A program made the position numbers and the translations under genes. From Pedobacter sp. (GTDB lineage Bacteria > Desulfobacterota > Desulfuromonadia > Geobacterales > Pseudopelobacteraceae), in the NCBI GenBank assembly GCA_041672425.1, contig JBAYZR010000001.1, forward strand, positions 1 through 51,490: a stretch of 51,490 nt of DNA. Direction: 5' to 3'. The notes under the pieces were generated by a model. The model was given only the letters and a program-made list of their open reading frames with translations, was not told the origin of the DNA and did not search any database. Shown here piece by piece: positions 1-10,200 of the stretch; position 1 is the first letter of the stretch, and each line of letters opens with the position of its first letter.

Positions 1-143
1 CCATACTGGTAGATGGACATAGTGTGGGTACCGCATACTTCCATGAATCTGACCGGTGCGGACAGTCGTTCCGACATGCGGCGGATGTTGTCGGCCATGA
101 TTTTCGCCAATTCACGGTCTCGGAACTCCTCTTGAAATTTCAT
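1..143 (-). CDS. hypD: HypD hydrogenase maturation protein, N-terminal fragment (gene runs off the window)
   Basis: The reverse complement translates to MKFQEEFRDRELAKIMADNIRRMSERLSAPVRFMEVCGTHTMSIYQYG. MEVCGTHT is the HypD N-terminal signature. The ATG at 143-141 overlaps the hypC stop (ATGA). Confidence 0.85.
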   Translation of the reverse strand, partial: MKFQEEFRDRELAKIMADNIRRMSERLSAPVRFMEVCGTHTMSIYQY

Positions 144-370
144 TGCATATCCACAGGTGAAAAAATCTCTCTCATCAATCGCAAGGTTTCCTGGGCGTAT
201 TCTTCATCCAGTCGCGAGATGGCAAAACCGGCGTGTACGATAATGTAGTCGCCAACGTTGACCTCTTCAGCCAGCAGCATGACACTGGCTTCCATCTGCA
301 CGCCGTCAACCTCGGCCAGTACCGTATCGCCGTCTCTGCTGAGAATCTTCATGGGTACACCAAGACACAT
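140..370 (-). CDS. hypC: HypC/HupF hydrogenase assembly chaperone
   Basis: 76 aa starting MCLGVPMKI, the canonical HypC N-terminus with Cys2. It sits between hypF and hypD. Confidence 0.9.
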   Translation of the reverse strand: MCLGVPMKILSRDGDTVLAEVDGVQMEASVMLLAEEVNVGDYIIVHAGFAISRLDEEYAQETLRLMREIFSPVDMQ

Positions 371-371
371 A

Positions 372-2666
372 TCAGTTTATTCTGACTCCCTTATTTGAAA
401 TTGGAGTTGATTGTCGTGCAGCAATGGCCACCTGTCCCAACGCAATACCGCCGTCGTTAACCGGCGACAGACTATGGGTAAATATCTGTAAGCCCAGTGT
501 GGTCAGGCCAGTATATATCATTTCGCTCAGAAGGCGATTCTGAAAAACACCACCGGAGAGGACAACGCGCTTCAGACCTGTTTCTTTGGCAATGCGGACG
601 CAAGCTTGTATGGCTGCCACTGCAACTGTCAGATGAAAGCGACGGGCAATGATGGCTGCCGGGACAGAGGCTGTGATATCGTCCAGAATCGCAGGGAACA
701 GGGGCGCGAAGTCGAGCGTGTCCGTGCTGAGTTGAAACGGATATATTACGGTATCACCCACCGTTGTCTCGGCCAATGCCTCCAGTTCAATGGCAGCTTG
801 CCCGTCATACGACACAGCATGTCGTATATTAAGAAGTGCTGCAACGGCATCGAACAGTCGGCCGCAGCTGGAGGTGAGGGGAGCATTGAGGCCCTTTTCA
901 AGCATGGTTGCGAAGATCTGTTGCTCTGCAGCAGTCAGGTAGCCTGCAACCGGATGATCAATCGAGAAGGCCTTGTTACCGATGGATTGATGAAGATAAG
1001 CCAGAGCCATGCGCCAGGGTTCACGCACAGCTGCATCGCCGCCGGGGAGCCGGACGGTGCGGAAATGGCAGTGCCTCTGGAAGCCGTCATAGCCACCGAC
1101 GAGAAATTCTCCGCCCCAGACGGTACCGTCGCTACCATAGCCTGCGCCGTCTAGGATGATGCCGATCAGTTTGCCGTCCAGACCGTTCTCTGCCATACAG
1201 GACGCCATATGGGCGTGGTGATGTTGAACCTTGATAACGGGCAGACCGGATTCCGCTGCATGGATTGACGAGAGGTAGTCGGGATGCAGATCGCAGGCAA
1301 CAACCCGCGGGCTGATCTCCAGTATGCTTGTCAGATGATTGATTGTATGACGGAATGCGTCGCATATGGCACTATTCTGTAGGTCTCCGATATGTTGGCT
1401 GAGGAAGGCCCGATCCACCTTAGCAAGACATACAGCACCCTTCAGTTCTGCACCGACTGCCAGGATAGGCGCTACCTCGAAGGGAAGTTTTACAGCCCGC
1501 GGCGCATAACCACGGGCTCGACGATAGAAGAGCGGCTTGTGCTGGAATACGCGCATGACCGAGTCGTCGCTACGAATATGGATGGGGCGGTTGTGGACGA
1601 GAAAGAAATCGGCGATACCTCCGAGACGCTTAAGCGCATCATCGTCCTCGAAGGCGACCGGTTCATCGGAAACATTGGCACTGGTCATGACCAATGCCAT
1701 AAAATTACCCTGTATCAGCAGGTGATGAAGCGGTGTGTATGGAAGCATCAGGCCGAGCCAGCCGTTATTGGGCGCAACCAGCGGTGAAACAGGGCAATCA
1801 GGGCTTTTGCGCGCGATGATAATCGGGCTCTCCGGCGCAACCAGCAGCCGTTCCTCTGTTTCATCCAGAAGGGTCAGCAGCCGGGCCGTTGCCAGACTGG
1901 CCGCCATGACGGCGAATGGTTTTTCGTCCCGTTTCTTACGCTCCCGCAGTCGCTCTACTGTCTCATGGTTGCAGGCATCCACTGCCAGATGATAACCGCC
2001 AATCCCCTTGACTGCCAGGATATGACCGGTTTTGAGAACCTCAACAGCCCTTAACAGCGCCTCATCCTTTTCAGCCAGCAAACCTCCGCCTGCTGCCAGC
2101 AGTTGCGCCTGTGGACCGCATTGCTGGCAGGCAATGGGCTGGGCATGGAAGCGCCGATTGTCTGGGGCGTGGTATTCCTCCAGGCAATCGGGGCACATTT
2201 GGAAACCGGCCATAGTGGTCTTGGAACGGTCATATGGTATGCCGGTGATGATGCTGTAGCGCGGACCGCAGTTGGCGCAGGTGATAAAAGGGTAGCGGTA
2301 GCGCCGGTTGGACGGATCAAAAAGCTCCTGAAGACAATCCGCGCACAGGGCGGAGTCAGGTGCAATCCGGATGTCTGGTTCTCCGCAAGCGCTGGGAAGT
2401 ATACTGAACGAGCGGTCATCGGATGTAGTAATGTCTTCAAACATAATCGAGCTGATGGAGGCCATAGGCGGCGCATTGCCGGAGATTAGCTGGCCAAAAA
2501 CCGCCAGTTTTTCATCTGTTCCCTGAACTTCGATCTCCACCCCTGCCGGTGAATTTCTTACCCAGCCGCTCAGCCCGTTCTCATGGGCCAGACGGTAGAC
2601 AAAGGGGCGGAAGCCGACCCCCTGGACGATGCCGTTAATATTATAGCGTTGTCTGATAAGAGACAT
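372..2666 (-). CDS. hypF: HypF carbamoyltransferase (hydrogenase maturation)
   Basis: 764 aa. It has an N-terminal acylphosphatase-like segment (GIVQGVGFRPFVYRLA), two CxxC zinc-finger pairs (CADC...CANCGPRYS, CPDC...CQQCGP), a YrdC-like region and a Kae1-like C-terminal region. Confidence 0.92.
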   Translation of the reverse strand: MSLIRQRYNINGIVQGVGFRPFVYRLAHENGLSGWVRNSPAGVEIEVQGTDEKLAVFGQLISGNAPPMASISSIMFEDITTSDDRSFSILPSACGEPDIRIAPDSALCADCLQELFDPSNRRYRYPFITCANCGPRYSIITGIPYDRSKTTMAGFQMCPDCLEEYHAPDNRRFHAQPIACQQCGPQAQLLAAGGGLLAEKDEALLRAVEVLKTGHILAVKGIGGYHLAVDACNHETVERLRERKKRDEKPFAVMAASLATARLLTLLDETEERLLVAPESPIIIARKSPDCPVSPLVAPNNGWLGLMLPYTPLHHLLIQGNFMALVMTSANVSDEPVAFEDDDALKRLGGIADFFLVHNRPIHIRSDDSVMRVFQHKPLFYRRARGYAPRAVKLPFEVAPILAVGAELKGAVCLAKVDRAFLSQHIGDLQNSAICDAFRHTINHLTSILEISPRVVACDLHPDYLSSIHAAESGLPVIKVQHHHAHMASCMAENGLDGKLIGIILDGAGYGSDGTVWGGEFLVGGYDGFQRHCHFRTVRLPGGDAAVREPWRMALAYLHQSIGNKAFSIDHPVAGYLTAAEQQIFATMLEKGLNAPLTSSCGRLFDAVAALLNIRHAVSYDGQAAIELEALAETTVGDTVIYPFQLSTDTLDFAPLFPAILDDITASVPAAIIARRFHLTVAVAAIQACVRIAKETGLKRVVLSGGVFQNRLLSEMIYTGLTTLGLQIFTHSLSPVNDGGIALGQVAIAARQSTPISNKGVRIN

Positions 2667-2894
2667 GGTCGTGGCAGTACCTGCAATCTCGTAGTTCTGC
2701 TCGCAAGGGGACGGCCTCGCCAGTTTGCGGTTATGTGACAGAACATGCGATGTTCAATCTTGTTCCATTCAGTGGCGCATGGCGGGATATGTACCATATG
2801 GGCTCATTCTGGTCAAACACACAAGCCTCTTGCATCTGACAATGAATTGAAAGTATCATCCCCACATTATGAAACTGCTTCGGGAGAACATTTT

Positions 2895-4274
2895 ATGAAG
2901 ACTCGTATATATGACCTGTTAAAGAGCGGAACAACAGGGCAGGAGAGCTGTATATCCGGATGGGTGCGTTCGGTTCGTCTCTCCAAGGGGATCACCTTTA
3001 TCGTTTTGAACGATGGTTCAAACCTGAACGGCATTCAGGTTGTGGCAGAACAGGGGCTCGCAAACTTCGATGAGATCTGCCACCTTGGCACTGGCAGCGC
3101 TCTGCAGGTGGAGGGAATTTTGGTACAGTCTCCAACGAGCGGCCAGGAAAGAGAGATACAGTCCAAATCTGTCAATATTGTCGGCCTGGCCGATGAAACC
3201 TATGCCTTGCAAAAGAAACGTCACAGTTTTGAATACTTGCGTACCATTGCCCACCTGCGGCCTCGCAGTAACACCTTTGGCGCGGTCTTCCGCCTGCGTT
3301 CGCGTCTGGCACAGGCCATTCACCGCTTTTTCTCCGAGAAAAACTTCCTGTATGTGCATACACCCATCATCACTGCCAGCGACTGCGAGGGCGCCGGAGA
3401 ATTGTTCCGCGTCAGCACTCTGGATGCAGCTGCTCCTCCCATGCTGGACGGCCAGCCCGATTTCAACCAGGATTTCTTCGGTCAAAAGACCGGCCTGACC
3501 GTCAGTGGCCAGCTGGAAGGGGAGCTGTTTGCCATGGCATTTTCAGACATCTACACCTTTGGCCCCACCTTCCGGGCTGAGAATTCCAACACCGCACGCC
3601 ATGCTTCGGAGTTTTGGATGATCGAACCGGAGATGGCCTTTGCCGATCTGGCCGACGATGCGGCACTGGCAGAAGAATTCATACGCTACCTTTGCCGTTT
3701 TGCCCTTGAGGAATGTAGTGAGGATATGGCTTTCTTTGACAAGCATATCGAGAACGGGCTGCAGGAACGCATCCGGCGAGTTGCCGAGGCCGACTTTGCT
3801 CGCATGGATTATGCCGATGCAATTGACCGCCTGCAACGCTCAGGCGTAACATTCTCCTACCCGGTGGAATGGGGACTGGATCTACAGACCGAACACGAAC
3901 GCTACATCACCGAACAGATCGTAGGCGGTCCGGTCTTTATCCTGAACTATCCGCGAGACATCAAGGCATTTTACATGCGCCAGAACGATGATGGCCGCAC
4001 CGTGGCGGCCCTGGACCTGCTGGTACCGAAGGTGGGGGAGATCGTAGGTGGCAGCCAGCGCGAGGAACGCCTCGATCTGCTGGAAGGACGCATGACGGAG
4101 ATGGGTATTGCAAAAGAGCCGCTCTGGTGGTATCTGGACAGCCGCCGCTGGGGCAGCTGCCCGCACGCCGGTTTTGGTCTGGGATTCGAACGCCTGGTCA
4201 TGTACCTGTCCGGGATGGAGAACATCCGTGATGTGATACCCTTCCCGCGAACACCACGGCATTGTGAGTTTTAG
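2895..4274 (+). CDS. asnS: Asparaginyl-tRNA synthetase (class IIb)
   Basis: The ORF track gives 2745-4274. I prefer the ATG at 2895 (MKTRIYDLLK), which follows a GGGAGA RBS. Class II motifs present include FRAENSNTARHASEFWMIEPE and GFGLGFERL. Confidence 0.9.
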   Translation: MKTRIYDLLKSGTTGQESCISGWVRSVRLSKGITFIVLNDGSNLNGIQVVAEQGLANFDEICHLGTGSALQVEGILVQSPTSGQEREIQSKSVNIVGLADETYALQKKRHSFEYLRTIAHLRPRSNTFGAVFRLRSRLAQAIHRFFSEKNFLYVHTPIITASDCEGAGELFRVSTLDAAAPPMLDGQPDFNQDFFGQKTGLTVSGQLEGELFAMAFSDIYTFGPTFRAENSNTARHASEFWMIEPEMAFADLADDAALAEEFIRYLCRFALEECSEDMAFFDKHIENGLQERIRRVAEADFARMDYADAIDRLQRSGVTFSYPVEWGLDLQTEHERYITEQIVGGPVFILNYPRDIKAFYMRQNDDGRTVAALDLLVPKVGEIVGGSQREERLDLLEGRMTEMGIAKEPLWWYLDSRRWGSCPHAGFGLGFERLVMYLSGMENIRDVIPFPRTPRHCEF

Positions 4275-4280
4275 ATCGCC

Positions 4281-5195
4281 ATGCAACTTAACCTGTTCGA
4301 AGACAACCGGCCTGGCATTCTGCTCAACATAGCAAATGAATTTATCCTTGCAAGGGATCTTGTTCAAGCTGTTTCCGTGTATGAGCAGTTGCTGGTTGAC
4401 TACCCTGGCGACAAGCATTGCACTGCCCTGCTGAAGCTTGTGAGTGAATGGCGTGATGAGTTATCCGGTATCGATATGAACCCCGGTAACCTGGAAAATC
4501 TCCAGGCCATCTGGCTGCGACTTGACGCCATATCCCATCCTGCGCTCCGCACGACCGTTCTGGCTATACTGATAGATACAATGCGTTCTTTGCCGAATCC
4601 GGAGCAAATCTATATCCCTCCTCGCTTTCACCTTGGGCATATCCTGTTGGAAGCCGGACAATACGCCGAAGCTGCGGATTGGTTTCTGGCTGCGCTCCAG
4701 GAAAAACGCCTCGAACGTGGAAGATTCCTGGCCTGGCGCGGTGATGCCCTGACACTGGCGGGAAACAATGATGCCGCACTGAAGAGTTATTTATCAGCGT
4801 TTCTCGATGACCCCTCCAGTATCGATATGCTCTCCATCAAAAACGACAAAATCAATAATCTTTACACCTCCCTGCACTTCGAGGCAACGGATGAAATCGA
4901 GGAGGATGAAGAACCGGCCTGGCTCCCAGTCTGGGGATGGCTGCACGGGGTATTCCTGCTAGCGCTGCAACCTGTCCAAGAGCAGGATACGCTTGATGCG
5001 CACGCGTTTGAAGCCCTTATTGCAGAAGAGAATTGTTCTATTCCACGAATCTGGTTTGATATGCTGATCCATGCCGAAAGGCTGCGCGTCATGGTTCGGG
5101 ATGACCGGGAACTGGCGGCGGTGCGCCGGTTGATGAAAAAGACGAATGGGTTCATGTTTGGCTGTTATCTGGAAAAGATTGGTCGGAGGAGATAA
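4281..5195 (+). CDS. Hypothetical helical or TPR-like repeat protein
   Basis: 304-aa ORF 7 nt downstream of asnS. The composition is helical-repeat-like and I recognise no catalytic motif. Confidence 0.5.
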   Translation: MQLNLFEDNRPGILLNIANEFILARDLVQAVSVYEQLLVDYPGDKHCTALLKLVSEWRDELSGIDMNPGNLENLQAIWLRLDAISHPALRTTVLAILIDTMRSLPNPEQIYIPPRFHLGHILLEAGQYAEAADWFLAALQEKRLERGRFLAWRGDALTLAGNNDAALKSYLSAFLDDPSSIDMLSIKNDKINNLYTSLHFEATDEIEEDEEPAWLPVWGWLHGVFLLALQPVQEQDTLDAHAFEALIAEENCSIPRIWFDMLIHAERLRVMVRDDRELAAVRRLMKKTNGFMFGCYLEKIGRRR

Positions 5196-5463
5196 AGGTG
5201 AGGTTATTGCAAAACTTTATTAACGGTCATTCCCGAAGCGTTTCTGATCGGGAATCCAGATTCAAACGGACTGAAAAGATTGGATCCCCGATAAAAACAT
5301 TCGGGGATGACAGGCATTTTGCAAAAGGCTCAGGTATGTCGCATGAAAGGGCTGTTTAGACATCAGGATAGACATCTTGCCTGTCCGATAAATCTCGGTG
5401 CTTGCGGAACACGATATATGTTGCTATATTTGATGCCAAATAATTCGTTACTGGAGGCACGAC

Positions 5464-5751
5464 ATGCTGCAAATGAGTCCCTCGGAAGACATACGCTCCG
5501 TTACTGATCTGAAGCGCAGCACCCGCGACATCCTCGACCATATCCACTCCACGGGACGACCGGTCATCCTGACGGTAAACGGCAGGGCAGATTCCGTGTT
5601 GATGGATGTCCGCGTGTATGAAAAGCACCTTCAGGCCGCTAACCTGGCCAAACTGCTAGCCCCGGCCGAACGAGACGTCGAGATCGGCAATACCCGTCCG
5701 GCCAGCGTTTTTATGAAAGAGTTCAAGCGTGTCCGCAAAATTCAGGGTTGA
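5464..5751 (+). CDS. Phd/YefM-family antitoxin
   Basis: 95 aa with a GGAGG RBS upstream. The N-terminus (SVTDLKRSTRDILDHIHSTGRPVILTVNGR) is typical of Phd/YefM. It overlaps the downstream toxin gene. Confidence 0.8.
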   Translation: MLQMSPSEDIRSVTDLKRSTRDILDHIHSTGRPVILTVNGRADSVLMDVRVYEKHLQAANLAKLLAPAERDVEIGNTRPASVFMKEFKRVRKIQG

Positions 5752-6037
5752 CATCACCCCCGCCGCCGAGGCGGATATCGCCGAGATTTGGGATTACATC
5801 GCCCAGGACAATCCCGCCACAGCGACATCTTTTATCCTGCGCCTGGAAAAGCAGATAGGGGCACTTGAACGTTTTCCAGAGCGCTGCCCTTCCATTCCTG
5901 AAAACGAACTGCTTGGCACGGCCTACCGCCATCTACTGCACGGAAATTATCGGGCCGTCTTTAAGATTGTAGGAACCAGGGTGATAATCATGCGGGTGCT
6001 GCATGGGGCGCGGTTGCTGGAACTCGCCGGGGAATGA
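5729..6037 (+). CDS. parE: ParE/RelE-superfamily toxin
   Basis: 102 aa. ITPAAEADIAEIWDYIAQDNP...RAVFKIVGTRVIIMRVLHGAR is the ParE plasmid-stabilisation pattern. GTG start overlapping the antitoxin gene. Confidence 0.8.
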   Translation: MSAKFRVDITPAAEADIAEIWDYIAQDNPATATSFILRLEKQIGALERFPERCPSIPENELLGTAYRHLLHGNYRAVFKIVGTRVIIMRVLHGARLLELAGE

Positions 6038-6119
6038 TTTTCCGGCTATAAGCATTTTGCCGCTACTCGGCGAATCATGGATGTTCCGGTTTCGTCCCAT
6101 AGGGACAGAATGCATGTAG

Positions 6120-6146
6120 CCCGGCGATTCATCGCCGGGATTTTTG
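6120..6146 (+). terminator. Rho-independent terminator candidate
   Basis: CCCGGCGA-TTCA-TCGCCGGG forms an 8-bp stem, followed by ATTTTT. Confidence 0.55.
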
Positions 6147-6404
6147 GTAGAAATTATGCTTAATGAGCAAATAAAGAAAGAGTGTCCCTATTCATTAGAT
6201 ACCGGTAAAACCAATAACACACAGACTCTCATTGACGCTTCAAAAGTCACGGCAGCCAACCTCTTTGGGCTGAATCAGGAATACTACGAAGACAAACTGA
6301 TGTACCGTATCAATCCTTCATTTGTTGATGCTGATCTGGAAAATCTGCCGCACTACTTCAAGGCAGTAACAGGACTGGAGGCGCCCAATGGCAATGAAAG
6401 ATAA
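6144..6404 (+). CDS. Hypothetical small protein
   Basis: 86-aa ORF overlapping the start of the MNT gene. No motif recognised. Confidence 0.3.
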   Translation: MVEIMLNEQIKKECPYSLDTGKTNNTQTLIDASKVTAANLFGLNQEYYEDKLMYRINPSFVDADLENLPHYFKAVTGLEAPNGNER

Positions 6405-6714
6405 TGACCTGCTGCTGGCCAGAAAACTTAAGGAACGGGTTGCAATGATTGCCCCGCTGGTTGACTTTCGGGTGTTCGGTTCGCGAGCTCGGGGAGATGC
6501 AACGTGGGATTCCGATATGGATGTGTTCATCGAATTTGAGACCGTAACCAAAGCGGTTGAGGAACAGGTTTCCGAGGCTGCCTGGGAGATTGGCTTTTAT
6601 AACGACTGTATCGTCATCTGCCCACTGGTTTTCAGCCGCTATGAGATAGAAGAATCGCCGCATAGGATATCATCAATAGTCAAAGTGATTCTTGAAGAGG
6701 GGGTGCAGGTATGA
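6388..6714 (+). CDS. Minimal nucleotidyltransferase (MNT-type antitoxin of HEPN/MNT modules)
   Basis: 108 aa with the RVFGSRARGDATWDSDMDVFIEF nucleotidyltransferase signature (GS-x9-13-D-x-D). Confidence 0.8.
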   Translation: MAMKDNDLLLARKLKERVAMIAPLVDFRVFGSRARGDATWDSDMDVFIEFETVTKAVEEQVSEAAWEIGFYNDCIVICPLVFSRYEIEESPHRISSIVKVILEEGVQV

Positions 6715-6845
6715 CAGACAAGGAAACCCTCTTTAACTATCGATTGCTACAAGCCGATGAGACCCTTCAAGACATTGATAACCTTTTGGCAGGAAAAGCC
6801 CGCGAGTTTGTCGCCGCCATCAAGGAACTGATAGCTGCTCCATGA
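6711..6845 (+). pseudogene. HEPN-toxin remnant (44 codons, internal deletion, no Rx4-6H motif)
   Basis: The ATG at 6711 overlaps the MNT stop. It translates to MTDKETLFNYRLLQADETLQDIDNLLAGKAREFVAAIKELIAAP*. This resembles HEPN N- and C-terminal helices joined together with the catalytic core missing. Confidence 0.5.
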
Positions 6846-6860
6846 AAACCGTCCGGCTCT

Positions 6861-6965
6861 TTGAATTTTCAGGTAAAACCGGATATTGTGGTGGACAGCC
6901 TCGACCGCAGGTTGATCCTGGATACAAAATGGAAATGCCTTATAAACAGCGTTGAGGATAAAATG
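6861..6965 (+). pseudogene. McrC-like PD-(D/E)xK nuclease fragment
   Basis: KPDIVVDSLDRRLILDTKWK resembles the McrC catalytic D...D-x-K segment. There is no N-terminal part, and the ORF then reads into the MITE-like repeat. Confidence 0.4.
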
Positions 6966-7008
6966 AGCTGTGATCTGCGAAAAGAACGATTAAATTTTCT
7001 CCAACAAC

Positions 7009-7195
7009 TTAGGGAGCCGGAAAAAACAAATATACCGTTTTACATCCCGTCTTCAGGCCGCCTTTGCCGCCCCTTCAATCGCAAAATCCTCAACGTAGCC
7101 CTGCTACGCCTGCGGTTTTGCTCAATCAGGGACGACAAATTCGACCTGAATCCGTGCGTAAAACTTGGTACATCAGTTTATTCCGACTCCCTTAA
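7009..7195. repeat. MITE-like repeat, copy A (~190 bp with terminal inverted repeats)
   Basis: Alignable along its length with 13320-13507. The shared core is TCAATCGCAAAATCCTCAACGTAGC(C/A)CTGCTACG(C/T)CTGCGGTTTTGCTCAATCAG. The ends resemble TAAGGGAG...CTCCCTTA. Confidence 0.75.
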
Positions 7196-7231
7196 ACAGG
7201 TGCTCTCCACGGACACCAACACGGTAATCCA

Positions 7232-10200
7232 ATGACCCAACCCACCACCCCGGCCACTCTACCCCCGCTTCTTAAAAGGTTCCACACCTACCAACCAAAC
7301 GACATTTATGCCGCTGCGGCAAAAGTCCATTTAATGGCAGGTTTTGAAGAATGCAAAAGCAATAAGCTTACCAATGCCATCTGGAATGAGGACAAGACCT
7401 CGCTGATTGTCAGCTTTACCGATGGCTTCCAGACAACCTTGCTGTTGGAAGGATATCGTCTGCTGACAAAATGCGATTGCCATCAATGGCAACCGGCACG
7501 AAACTGCCCTCATGTTGTAGTTGTCTGGGCAACACTGAAACGCATGGTTTCGCCGGAAACATTGTCGTATATCCAATTCAACCGGCAGCTGCTGCTGGAC
7601 ATGAAGCGATTCACGGACAAGGAACCTGGTTGCGAAAATGATGCTGTGGCAGATTCAGAGGCTAACGAAAAAATTCGGCAAAAGGGTCTGTTGGAAGAAC
7701 GTCGTCTGCTCAACAAGGAGCTTAACAGAAAAAAAGCGCGCTCACAATTCTGTCTGGTGATAGAAGCAGGACAACATGGCAGCAGCATTATCGGTCGGAT
7801 TAAACGGGGAAACGATGTTATACTTGGCTGGAACGTCATAGGAATTCCTACTGATCTGGCCCGTTTTTTGTCAACACATTATTACTATGAGTCTACATCC
7901 CGCTACTTTGAGGCATTCCTCAAGATGACCAAGGGAGCGTACCCGATTGTTTTTCTCAATGCCGAAGCAGATGAAACATCACTTGTCTATTGCAACGACG
8001 AACCCCGCATCGCCAGCATTACATTTGACATTCGTGGAGATGAGATTCACATCTCGCGATCCCTTGACAACGGCATGCTGATTCCGGCTGGCGCTGTGCT
8101 GCACGGACAGCTTTTATTCAACCCCGAAACCGGGACTATTCATCCCATTTCCAATCGCACTGCCTGGAAAACCTGGGAGGCAGTGATCAAGGAACTGGAC
8201 CCAGTAACTGCCTTATATGAATTCGATGAATTTGAGAGCGAGGATGATTACTATTTTGACAGAAACGAGCCTGTACTTCACCCTCCGGAACTCAAGCGTC
8301 TGCCGCATACCGTAGTGGCGCCGATTTCGCTTTTCAATGCTGCGTCTATCAGACTTATTCCAGAAATGATTAATGATGCCGACGGACATTGCTATTTCCT
8401 GCGGGACGGCCTCAACATGGGCACTCCAGGCAGCGGCGCTCTCTCGTATCTTCTGGATATCCCGCACGGCATGACAACCCACAAAGTTTCCCTGACACCG
8501 GTTGGTGTGTATGACGATCAAACCTTCGCTTTTTCCAATGATGCTTTCTGGCTGCTGAACCCGTTCCAGCGTTCTCGTCTCTCTGTGCCGATGAAGGCAA
8601 AAAAACGGGTAAAAGCAATTCTGGAGACCGCTTTTGTACTTCTTGATGAGACAAAACCGACGGCCCGCAATACAATCATTCGATCACTCACCAATTCGCC
8701 GGATTTCTTGAAACTGGAGATCAAGCGAAATGCAAAGCAGCTTTTAAATCATTTATCCGAAGAGTGGAACCGGAAGATGTCTCTCCTCATGGTTGGTTCT
8801 GACGGCTGGCATTGTGTGGAGGATAACCGCCGGAGTCAGGCTCGTCTGATACGAATTCTATTCGAGATATTCGGCATGGATGCCTTTTGTGGAGGTTTAA
8901 CACCCTGTGAACTTGAACTGCCTACAGCACACCTGCTCAAGAAATTGCCGCAGCTCATGGAACGCTTGCAGCAAGAAGGATTTTCGCTACGGGTCGGAAG
9001 GGCGCCGATGGCAATGGCATCATGGGAATTCTCGCTTGACGCCACTAAAAGCAGCATAGACTGGTTCGAGCTCAGGCCGGAGATTCGCTGCAACGGAGAA
9101 CTATTGAGCGACGAGGAGATGAGCGGACTTTTTAACGGAACCGGCATGCTGCGTCGCGACGGCAAACTGATGCTGCTTGATGAGATCTCTGCCCAGGTGC
9201 TGGCAATGTTCACCGGGGCAATGCCCTCCAAGAAACGTAAACGGAAAGGCGAGCAGGAGCCGGTGCGCGTACCGCGTCTCCAGATACTGGACTGGCTCCA
9301 ATTGCGAAACCACGGTGTGACAGTCAAGCTCAACCAGGATGACGCCCGAGTGCTGGAGAGCCTGCTCAATTTCGATCACATACCGGAACGCCCGGTTCCG
9401 GCCAGTCTTAATGCTACCCTGCGACACTACCAGGCCGATGCCTGGCGCTGGCTGGCCTTCCTGTACGAACACCGTTTCGGCGCCTGCCTGGCAGACGACA
9501 TGGGTCTGGGCAAGACACTCCAGGGTATCACCCTCCTGGCCGGCATCATGCTGGGCGAGATTGCATCCTGCGCCCCAAAAGGCGCTCCGCATCTGGTTGT
9601 CGTGCCCCCCTCGCTGTTGTTCAACTGGGAGGGCGAAATCGCCCGTTTTTTACCCACGGCACGGGTGCTGCTGTACACCGGCAGCGGACGATCAAGCGAG
9701 GCCTTCGGGGATCACGACATCGTCATCACCAGCTACGGCATCGTGCAGCGCGACATCGAACAACTGGAAAAGCTGCGCTTCGACGTGATCATATTCGACG
9801 AGACACAGGTGGTCAAAAACCTCCAGGCCTCTACCAGCAACGCCGTGCGCAAACTGAAAGGGTCCTTTGCCATGGCCTTGACCGGCACGCCGGTGGAAAA
9901 CCACCTGGGTGAATATTACGCCATTATGGATCTCTGCCTGCCTGGCCTGCTGGGAAGCCGGGAGGAGTTCACCCGACAGACCGGACAGGTAAACCAGGCT
10001 GGAATCGAGCGGCTGATCCGGCGCACCCGCCCTTTTATCCTGCGCCGCAGCAAACAGATGATCGCCGCCGAGTTGCCACCCAAGATCGAAACCGACATCC
10101 AGCTGGAACTGTCTCCAAAACAGAAAGCCTTATACCAGCGAACCGTGGAAGAGGTGCGCGGACAAGTCAGCGAGGCATTTGCCCGTCATGCCTCCGGCCA

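Noticed and set aside
5229-5308. Two similar 8-bp hairpins (ATTCCCGA...TCGGGAAT and ATCCCCGA...TCGGGGAT) after the 304-aa gene
   Set aside because: These are most simply terminator or REP-like intergenic hairpins. There is no T-tract or further copies in the window to support more.
6966-7235. The rest of the 124-aa ORF 6861-7235
   Set aside because: Beyond the short McrC-like stretch the frame simply reads through the MITE-like repeat, which recurs non-coding at 13320-13507.
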